Below, in pieces: positions 57,197 to 64,000 of a DNA stretch of 64,000 nt. The notes under the pieces are model-generated. The model ran no database searches. It had not been told where the DNA came from and saw nothing but the letters and a program-made list of their open reading frames with translations. Location of the stretch: the NCBI GenBank assembly GCA_964468205.1, contig CAYXVG010000035.1, forward strand, positions 5,143 to 69,142, in the 5' to 3' direction. The position numbers and the translations under genes are program-made. This DNA is from an uncultured Solibacteraceae bacterium. Lineage in GTDB: Bacteria; Acidobacteriota; Terriglobia; Bryobacterales; Bryobacteraceae. How positions within the stretch are numbered: position 1 is the first letter of the stretch; each line of letters begins with the position of its first letter.

Positions 57197-58728
57197 CTTC
57201 GAACCATTTCTTCGTCGCCACGGGATCTCTTGCTTTGTCCGACCAAGCCGGTGAGGTCCTCCACAATCCGCTTCAGGTTGCTGGACTGGGAGTCCAACTC
57301 CTGACCTACCGATGCGCTCTCCTCGGCGTTCGCCGCGGATTCCTGGGTGACGCGCTGCATCTGGGTGATTGCGCTGAGAATTTGCTCGGTGCCCTGAGCC
57401 TGGGTTTGGCTGCCCTCCTCTACCGCGCCGGCAAGCTTCTTCACTGCATCATTGTCTTCCGTGATGGACCGGATTGCCTCGGTGACCTGATCGAGTGTCG
57501 CCTTGCCCTCGTGCGATTTCTGGATCGACTCCTCGATGAGCGCCGAGGTGTCCTGAGCGGCCTGCGCGCAGCGTTGTGACAGATTGCGGACTTCGTCGGC
57601 CACCACGGCGAATCCCATACCTGCCTCGCCGGCCCGCGCCGCTTCCACAGCGGCGTTCAGAGCGAGAATATTGGTTTGGAACGCAATGTCGTCGATCACC
57701 TGAATGATCTTCGAGATCTTCTCGCTGGAGGTGTTGATCTCCTGCATCGCGGCCACCATCTGGTCCAGCCGCGTGTTGGCCTGCTCCACGCCCGCGCTCA
57801 CCTTTGACGTGAGTTGCGACGCTTCCTTCGACGTTTGGACATTTCGCTGGGCCGTCGCATTGATCTCCTCGCTGGAGGCCGAGGTCTCCTCCAAGGACGC
57901 CGCCTGTTCCGAGGCGCCCTGGGCCAGCGCCTGACTCGAAGAGGAGACCTGCGTGGCCGCGCTCGCGACTTGCTCGGCGCCTTCCTCTAACTCGCCGACC
58001 AGGTTGCGCAGCGATCCGGTTGACCGCCGGACAACCACGATCACGGCCGCCAGGATCACGATGTTTAACCCGACGAGGCTAATTGCCACGAGACGGCTCA
58101 CCTGCACATCCTTCTTCGACTGTGTGCTGGCCGCTTGCAGCGCCTCGCCCTGGCGTCCCATCAGCGCCCGCGTCGCTTGATCGATCTCAAGGCCGGCCGC
58201 ATTGAGCCGGGTGGTTAGGATCTCGTGCGCCGCGACGAAATCGCCACCTTGGGCCGTCGCGAGATACTCCTCATAGGCTGGCGCCCATTTATCGAGTCCC
58301 GCTTCCACGAGTGACAGCGACTGCAAATCCTCGGCGCTCGCGTAAAGGTCGCGCAACGACGCGACCTGCTCCCTCACCATGGTCACGCCTTCCAATACCA
58401 GTTCCTTTGACTCCGCCGCCATCTCCGTGGCATGGCAGGAGCTGCAGGATTCCTCCGACTCGCCGCCCGTGCGGCTGGCTTCCAGGTGCTCCACCACAAA
58501 GGCCATGTGAGCATAGCGGGACTGCGCTGCCACTTCTTGAAATCCTGACCGGATTCCGCTAATTCCGTCAGACCGGCGCCCGGTGGTGTTCACTGCGCTG
58601 TCGAGAGCGTCGCCAAGATGTTGAATGGTCCCCAACGAGGAGAGGCCCAGTGCCAACATGAACACGAATACCACCGCAAAGCTCAATATCAGCTTCTTGC
58701 CAATCGTCATTCGGGAACTCACTTTCAT
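57193..58728 (-). CDS. Methyl-accepting chemotaxis protein with a periplasmic helical sensor carrying a CXXCH motif
   Basis: Two TM helices flank a sensor of about 175 aa. The C-terminal signalling domain has the highly conserved region (IAFQTNILALNAAVEAARAGEAGMGFAVVADEVRNLSQR). The start is uncertain: 58728 ATG, 58722 GTG or 58710 ATG. Confidence 0.88.
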   Translation of the reverse strand: MKVSSRMTIGKKLILSFAVVFVFMLALGLSSLGTIQHLGDALDSAVNTTGRRSDGISGIRSGFQEVAAQSRYAHMAFVVEHLEASRTGGESEESCSSCHATEMAAESKELVLEGVTMVREQVASLRDLYASAEDLQSLSLVEAGLDKWAPAYEEYLATAQGGDFVAAHEILTTRLNAAGLEIDQATRALMGRQGEALQAASTQSKKDVQVSRLVAISLVGLNIVILAAVIVVVRRSTGSLRNLVGELEEGAEQVASAATQVSSSSQALAQGASEQAASLEETSASSEEINATAQRNVQTSKEASQLTSKVSAGVEQANTRLDQMVAAMQEINTSSEKISKIIQVIDDIAFQTNILALNAAVEAARAGEAGMGFAVVADEVRNLSQRCAQAAQDTSALIEESIQKSHEGKATLDQVTEAIRSITEDNDAVKKLAGAVEEGSQTQAQGTEQILSAITQMQRVTQESAANAEESASVGQELDSQSSNLKRIVEDLTGLVGQSKRSRGDEEMVRS

Positions 58729-58992
58729 ACCTCCCCTTACATCCTGTCTTCGTAACTTGTCTGAGTGTCCGGCGCGGGTGGGACGACGCGATTCCGCAGG
58801 GTCGGAACGGTCCGAGCGCTCTCCAGCCACTCCCCGGTCGAGGCGGTTCCACGTAGCCGCCTTTCACTGTTCATATCGCCCGCCGGCTGGCTGGCTTGAA
58901 AGAAAAACTGAAGCGCGGTCCGGACTCAAAGAGTGAATTTTCCGGACTCCAACTCAGGCCGTTCGTAATAACATTTAATTGGAGCTGAACCG

Positions 58993-61287
58993 ATGCCCCC
59001 TACCATGCGCCGCCTCGTTTTCGCCGCTCTCGGATTGACTCTCCTGCCTGCCGCCCTGGCCGCCCAGAATATCGTCGCGGACCCCGTCTCACTGGTCTTC
59101 ACTTACAAGATCGGAGGTGCTTTGCCGGGCCCCCGCGTTCTTGGCGTGGGGCTCGATACGGGCGGGAGCGCGCCCTACACCGTGACAGCGGGCGTTGGCG
59201 AGTGGCTCAGCGTCGCGCCGTCAACGGGTACTACCCCGGATACCGTGCAAGTTTCCGTCCATCCCTTGGGTCTTGATTCCGGTGTCTATTCCGGCCAGGT
59301 GAGGATCGATTCCGGCGGCAGAATCTTCGTGGTGCCCGTCACCCTCTACGTGCAGGAGATATTCACCGACCTCGTCGTTAGCCCTGGACAGCTTTTCTTT
59401 GAGGCGATTCCAAATGGAGCGGCGCCTCCGGCGCAATTGATCTCCGTCAGCGCCCCACCAACTCAGTTAAAACCATTTTCCGTATTCACTTCTGGTGACG
59501 GCTGGCTGCTGGCAAGTCCCACCAACGCGCTGACGCCAAGCACCGTCGAAGTACAGGTCGAGCAACGGAATGTTCTGCCTGGCGCCTATCAGGGTGCGGT
59601 CAATTTCCTCGATTCCGAGGGGAGGCTCGCCTGGACGGTACTGGTTACCATGGTTGTCGCCCAGCCCAGTCCTGTCACCGCCGCGCCTGCGGCGCTGAGC
59701 TTTCAGGCCAAGTCCGGAGTGGACTCACCGCAGTCGAAGAATGTGGTCATCACCAGCGTAACTGGAGATTCGCACCTCATCGAAACGCGCGCGGCGACCG
59801 ATAGCGGAGGCGGCTGGCTTTCGGTTTCTCCTGCCGCCAGCATCACGCCAACCGTGATCGCCATTACCGTCAACGGCGCCGGACTCCCGGTGGGAACCTA
59901 TCGCGGCGCTGTGATCCTGACCGTGCTGAAGCGGGCCGTAACCATTCCGGTGACGCTGACCATAACCGGCGGCCCGGCGCTGGCGGTCTCTTCCGATTTC
60001 CTCCGCTTCCTGTCCGGCGAAGGCGCCGCGCCAAATCCGCAGTCGCTCGTTGTAGACAGCCTCAGCGGCAGCGCAGTGCCATTCGTGGTGGCCACCAGCG
60101 GCGAGGAATGGTTGGCGGTGACACCCGAGTCCGGGACCACTCTTGCCACGCTAACCGTCAGCGCGAGGCCGGCCGGTCTTACTCCGGGTGTCTACAACGC
60201 GCTGATTTCCATCACTGCCGCTGGTTCGGCCGTTCCAACCACGGTGCAGGTGAGTTTTGAAATCACGGATGTTGTCACCGTTCAGGCCGAGCCAACTGTC
60301 CTCAGCTTCGCCGCCGCCGTGGGCTCCACCTCCATCACAAACAAGCCGGTGACCGTCTCAAGTAGCGGGCCACCGCTGGCATTCACGGTTACGGCCGCTT
60401 CCGCCGGGTGGCTTGCCGCCGCTCAGACTGCCAATTCGACCCCCGCCAGAATCGCGGTGTCGGCGAACCCCGCTAGCCTCGCCACGGGGATCTATCATGG
60501 TTCGGTCGTCATCCACGCGCCGGCGGCCGGCAACAGCCCGCTATCCATCCCGGTGACACTCGAGGTGGAGGGATCTGTGCCGAGGATCAGCGCGGTGGTT
60601 CATGGCGCCAGCCTCACCGCCGGATCCGTCGCCCCGGGCACTACGGTGACTCTGTACGGGCAAAATCTTGGTCCCGAGGAAGGAAGCGGTCTTGTAATCG
60701 GATCGGATGGCCGGGTGACGACGGCCCTGGCGGGAGTTCGAGTTCTGTTCGACGGGATTCCGGGAGCCTTGCTATACGTTCAAGCCCGGCAGGTCAACGT
60801 GGTCGTTCCTTACGCACTTGCCGGTCTCAGATCCGCGAACGTCGTCGGCGAGTATATGGGTGAGCAGTCGCCCACCGTGCAATTGACGCTCTCTCCCGCT
60901 GCGCCGGGCATCTTCACGGTGGACTCCAGCGGGCAGGGCCCGGGGGCAATCCTCAACCAGGACTACAGCCTCAATCACGCGGGCAATCCCGCCGCCCCTG
61001 GGGAGATCGTCATCATCTACGGAACCGGCGCCGGGCAGACGTCTCCGCCTGGCGTGGATGGCGAGATCGTTGGTCCCGATCCGCCGCGGCCACTGGCGCC
61101 AGTGAAGGTCTGGATTGGAGGGGCGGAGGCCGCGCTCGAGTATGCCGGCGGGGCCCCGGGATTCGTCGCCGGAGTGTTGCAGGTCAACGCCCGAGTTCCG
61201 CAATCCCTCCGGCCGGGGGCACATCCGATATTTCTCGAAATTGGACAGCTAAGAAGCCAACTCGCCGTTACGGTCGCCGTTCGGTAA
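58993..61287 (+). CDS. Secreted protein with five tandem BACON/Ig-like repeats and a Solibacter-type C-terminal domain (TIGR03437-like)
   Basis: 764 aa with signal LLPAALAAQ. Five repeats of about 95 aa each carry W-L-[SA]-[VA]-x-P...G-x-Y-x-G. The C-terminus is ...GFVAGVLQVNARVPQSLRPGAHPIFLEIGQLRSQLAVTVAVR. Confidence 0.8.
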   Translation: MPPTMRRLVFAALGLTLLPAALAAQNIVADPVSLVFTYKIGGALPGPRVLGVGLDTGGSAPYTVTAGVGEWLSVAPSTGTTPDTVQVSVHPLGLDSGVYSGQVRIDSGGRIFVVPVTLYVQEIFTDLVVSPGQLFFEAIPNGAAPPAQLISVSAPPTQLKPFSVFTSGDGWLLASPTNALTPSTVEVQVEQRNVLPGAYQGAVNFLDSEGRLAWTVLVTMVVAQPSPVTAAPAALSFQAKSGVDSPQSKNVVITSVTGDSHLIETRAATDSGGGWLSVSPAASITPTVIAITVNGAGLPVGTYRGAVILTVLKRAVTIPVTLTITGGPALAVSSDFLRFLSGEGAAPNPQSLVVDSLSGSAVPFVVATSGEEWLAVTPESGTTLATLTVSARPAGLTPGVYNALISITAAGSAVPTTVQVSFEITDVVTVQAEPTVLSFAAAVGSTSITNKPVTVSSSGPPLAFTVTAASAGWLAAAQTANSTPARIAVSANPASLATGIYHGSVVIHAPAAGNSPLSIPVTLEVEGSVPRISAVVHGASLTAGSVAPGTTVTLYGQNLGPEEGSGLVIGSDGRVTTALAGVRVLFDGIPGALLYVQARQVNVVVPYALAGLRSANVVGEYMGEQSPTVQLTLSPAAPGIFTVDSSGQGPGAILNQDYSLNHAGNPAAPGEIVIIYGTGAGQTSPPGVDGEIVGPDPPRPLAPVKVWIGGAEAALEYAGGAPGFVAGVLQVNARVPQSLRPGAHPIFLEIGQLRSQLAVTVAVR

Positions 61288-62853
61288 CCGGACGCGCGGA
61301 ATGGGAACGGCTGGTTGGGTGGACCGCAGGCCGGCGACGTCGAGTTCGCCGCCCTCCTCGTGGTAGTCCGCGTCCACGTTGACGCTCCAGAGGTCATGCT
61401 GCTCTCCCAGAATGTTGCGCGCCGCCAGCAGGGCTGTCAGCATCGAGTGATCCTGGTTGTTGTACTGGTGCATTCCGTTGCGTCCCACCAGTTGGAGATT
61501 CGGCGTTTGCCGCAGGAAACGCTTGACAATTTCGAGGGCTCCTTGGTATCCGCGATCATAGACGGGATACGCTTTCGGCATCCGCACAACGGCGCCGTCG
61601 AGGAAGGCGGCCGTGGAGGCCAAGCCCAGCGACTCCATCTCCCGCCGCCCGAGGGCAATCAACTCTTCATCGGTAGCGGACCATAGCCGGTCATTCTCGA
61701 AACAGAAGTACTCGAGGCCCAGGCAGGTGGTTTCCGGATTGGGTGTCATCTCCGGACTCCAGTTCTTGTAGTTCTGTATGCGGCCGACCTTGACGCCGGG
61801 TTCATGCACGTAGATCCAGTTATCAGGGAAAAGGTCACGGCCCCGATAGATGAGCGCGACTGTAAGAAAGTCCCGGTAGCGGAATAGACTGGCGGCCTCT
61901 ACCAACTCTTGCGGAGGCGCGGGATGCAGGCATTGGATGAGATCGCGAACCGGCATGCTACTGATGAAATTGCCGCCCTCGTAGATGGACCCAGCCGCTT
62001 CCACAGAGGTAACCCGACCGGGCTCCCAGTGGATTTTCTGGGCCGGCGCGTTGAAGATCACCCGGCTTCCCCGGCTTTCCACCTCGTCGCGAAAGCGTTG
62101 CCACATCATGCCCGGTCCGAGGCGAGGATAGTGGAACTCATGGATCAAGGTCTTGATGCCGGCGCCGTTCGTATTCGCTTTGCGGTAGCGCACGGCGTTC
62201 CAGAGGGCGGTCCGGAGCGAGAGTCCGCGAATGCGCTGGGCCGCCCAATCCGCGCTGATCTCGCTGCACGGCATGCCCCAGACCTTCTCGGTGTAGGTTC
62301 GGAAGAAGATCTCAAAGAGCCTTCTCCCGAAGCGGTTGGAAACCCAGGTTTCAAAGCTCTCTTCGGGTTTGGCGGGAAAAAGAGCTGACTTTGCGTAGCT
62401 CATGCCGCACCGAAACGACTCCGCCAAGCCGAGTCCCTGCAACGCGTTCCACGGATCGAGTGGATATCGAAAGAAATGCGACTTGTAGAAGATACGGGAA
62501 AGCCGCTTGCGGCGCAGGAAGTCGTCGCCTAAAACCTCTTCCCACATCCGCTGGATTAGGGGAACCTTGGTGAAGAACCGGTGCCCGCCGATGTCGAACA
62601 GATAGCCGTTGTGCTCGACAGTTTGAGATAAGCCCCCGGTGGCGGCGGTTTTCTCGAGAATCACCGAGGTTACCTGGTTCTTGGAGAGTTCGTAGGCCGC
62701 GGTCAGTCCCGCCGGCCCTGCTCCCACGATGACGACCGGATGTTTCACAATACGCCAGTTCGGATTCGATGCGGGCGCCGGCGGGCCATTACCCGGCCTT
62801 GCCGGACGTTTCCTCATCGTAACATTACGAGTTCGCCGGCAGCGCCGGTGCAC
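61249..62853 (-). CDS. NAD(P)/FAD-dependent oxidoreductase (amine-oxidase / UDP-galactopyranose-mutase-like fold)
   Basis: Dinucleotide-binding VVIVGAGPAGLTAAYEL...EK...GG. 534 aa as listed; the true start may be the downstream Met (MRKRPARPG...). Confidence 0.8.
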   Translation of the reverse strand: MHRRCRRTRNVTMRKRPARPGNGPPAPASNPNWRIVKHPVVIVGAGPAGLTAAYELSKNQVTSVILEKTAATGGLSQTVEHNGYLFDIGGHRFFTKVPLIQRMWEEVLGDDFLRRKRLSRIFYKSHFFRYPLDPWNALQGLGLAESFRCGMSYAKSALFPAKPEESFETWVSNRFGRRLFEIFFRTYTEKVWGMPCSEISADWAAQRIRGLSLRTALWNAVRYRKANTNGAGIKTLIHEFHYPRLGPGMMWQRFRDEVESRGSRVIFNAPAQKIHWEPGRVTSVEAAGSIYEGGNFISSMPVRDLIQCLHPAPPQELVEAASLFRYRDFLTVALIYRGRDLFPDNWIYVHEPGVKVGRIQNYKNWSPEMTPNPETTCLGLEYFCFENDRLWSATDEELIALGRREMESLGLASTAAFLDGAVVRMPKAYPVYDRGYQGALEIVKRFLRQTPNLQLVGRNGMHQYNNQDHSMLTALLAARNILGEQHDLWSVNVDADYHEEGGELDVAGLRSTQPAVPIPRVRLPNGDRNGELAS

Positions 62854-62859
62854 GCCGTC

Positions 62860-64000
62860 TCACTTCGGCGAACCCACCAGGCGCAGCAACACCAGTGACC
62901 GGCCCCGGAGTTTGTAACGGCTGTCGCGCAGGAAGTACCGGCGGCTCCAATTTGCCTCGGCCGTGTCGAGCAGCCGTTCCCATCGCTGGCCTTCCTGGTG
63001 TGCCGGGAGGGCGAAAATCACCGGCTCATGGTAGGCGCTCAACATGATGAAAAGAGTGTCATCGACGATCGGTTCGCCCATCTCGTCACACTCTTCGATC
63101 GCATCTCCGGCGAGGCGGTAGCCGAGGCAGCGCGCCGCCGGATTGCTCCACGCCGCATCGTTCATCTCGGCGCCGCTCGGTTCGTACCAGGCGATGTCCT
63201 TGATTTCGGTACCCCGGATGCTCCTGCCCTGGAAAAATCGGCGCCTCCGCAGGACGGGGTGTTGCTGCCGCAGCCGGACGACATAGCGCACGAACTCGAG
63301 CAGGTTCTTTTGCCGGTCCAAGAGGTTCCAGTCATACCAGCTAATCTCGTTGTCCTGACAGTAAGCGTTGTTGTTGCCGCCCTGCGTACGGCTCAGCTCG
63401 TCCCCTCCCGAGATCATCGGTACGCCTTGAGAAAGCAGCAGTGTCGCGATGAAGTTCCTTTTTTGGCGTTCCCGGAGATTCACGATCGTCCGGTCCGTGG
63501 TTGGCCCTTCCACGCCGCAGTTCCAACTCAGGTTGTGATTCTCGCCGTCCCGATTGTCCTCTTTGTTGGCTTCGTTGTGTTTCTCGTTATAGCTCACCAA
63601 ATCTTCCAACGGGAACCCGTCGTGACAGGTCACGAAGTTGATGCTCGCGTAGGGGCGACGGCCGCTGTGGGCGTAGAGGTCGCTCGATCCGGACAGGCGG
63701 GTTGCCATTTCGGAGACGACGCCGCCGTCGCCTTTCCAGAAACTGCGAACGGTATCGCGGTACTTCCCATTCCACTCCGTCCACCCGACGGGGAAGTTGC
63801 CGACCTGATAGCCGCCCTCGCCAAGATCCCAAGGCTCCGCGATCAGTTTCACCTGCGAGAGCACCGGATCCTGGTGAATAATGTCGAAGAAGGCCGCCAA
63901 CTTGTCCACCGCGTGAAGCTCGCGTGCCAAAGCGCTGGCGAGATCAAAGCGGAACCCGTCAACATGCATCTCCATCGCCCAATAGCGCAGCGAATCCGTA
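62860..64000 (-). CDS. glgX: Glycogen debranching enzyme GlgX (GH13), C-terminal part; the N-terminus lies beyond the window
   Basis: The frame stays open to the window edge: ...[27 protein letters not shown]...[19 protein letters not shown]...[32 protein letters not shown]. Confidence 0.9.
   Translation of the reverse strand, partial: TDSLRYWAMEMHVDGFRFDLASALARELHAVDKLAAFFDIIHQDPVLSQVKLIAEPWDLGEGGYQVGNFPVGWTEWNGKYRDTVRSFWKGDGGVVSEMATRLSGSSDLYAHSGRRPYASINFVTCHDGFPLEDLVSYNEKHNEANKEDNRDGENHNLSWNCGVEGPTTDRTIVNLRERQKRNFIATLLLSQGVPMISGGDELSRTQGGNNNAYCQDNEISWYDWNLLDRQKNLLEFVRYVVRLRQQHPVLRRRRFFQGRSIRGTEIKDIAWYEPSGAEMNDAAWSNPAARCLGYRLAGDAIEECDEMGEPIVDDTLFIMLSAYHEPVIFALPAHQEGQRWERLLDTAEANWSRRYFLRDSRYKLRGRSLVLLRLVGSPK

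Noticed and set aside
1-64000. CRISPR arrays, tRNA/rRNA genes, intact prophage or defence-system genes (restriction, Cas, reverse transcriptase, toxin-antitoxin pairs).
   Set aside because: Scanning the intergenic regions and the ORF translations revealed no direct-repeat arrays, no cloverleaf-like sequences and no hallmark motifs. Absence by eye is not proof; tRNAscan-SE, Infernal/Rfam, and DefenseFinder or PADLOC would be decisive.

Overview
High-GC chromosomal segment, probably from an Acidobacterium of the Solibacter/Bryobacter type. That placement is an inference from two secreted proteins ending in the Solibacter-type C-terminal domain (TIGR03437, recalled from memory) and two TonB-dependent receptors with carboxypeptidase-regulatory-like N-termini. 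No rRNA, tRNA, CRISPR array or intact mobile element was recognised by eye.

Layout:
- 1-10.75 kb: distal S10/spc/alpha ribosomal-protein cluster (L29 to L17, with secY, map, infA, rpoA; no adk), ending in a strong bidirectional hairpin.
- 10.8-21 kb: two sensor kinases with no partner response regulator, then an RND adaptor/pump pair followed by a 530-aa polytopic membrane protein instead of an outer-membrane factor.
- 21.2-29.7 kb: exported glycan-degradation locus with two Cys-type sulfatases, a Tat-exported Gfo/Idh/MocA (GH109-like) enzyme, a Tat-exported GH29 fucosidase and a 980-aa repeat/His-motif protein.
- 29.9-34.2 kb: two secreted proteins of unknown function, one tail-fibre-like with an internal two-Cys duplication and one of 1121 aa.
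- 34.4-38.5 kb: GT4 glycosyltransferase, then a translationally coupled class-III aminotransferase and Gfo/Idh/MocA oxidoreductase.
- 38.5-45.1 kb: beta-propeller phytase divergent from a TonB-dependent receptor, with a Pho-box-like repeat between them, then a BACON-like/TIGR03437 protein.
- 45.3-50.3 kb: housekeeping genes (folK, ruvB, ruvA, rsmE, HdeD-like, HhH-GPD glycosylase) plus a small Cys/His/Lys-rich secreted peptide.
- 50.3-51.6 kb: non-coding scar holding an internally deleted IS transposase.
- 51.6-64 kb: second TonB-dependent receptor, third sulfatase, arfB, a chemoreceptor with a CXXCH haem-c motif in its periplasmic sensor, a five-repeat BACON-like/TIGR03437 protein, a FAD oxidoreductase and a partial glgX.

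The best candidates for undescribed biology are the 26.8-34.2 kb trio of large secreted proteins, the receptor plus BACON/TIGR03437 pairing, the haem-c chemoreceptor and the phytase/receptor Pho-like regulatory site. All calls come from reading the translations and motifs, without searches. Hand-derived coordinates for hairpins and alternative starts may be a few nucleotides off.
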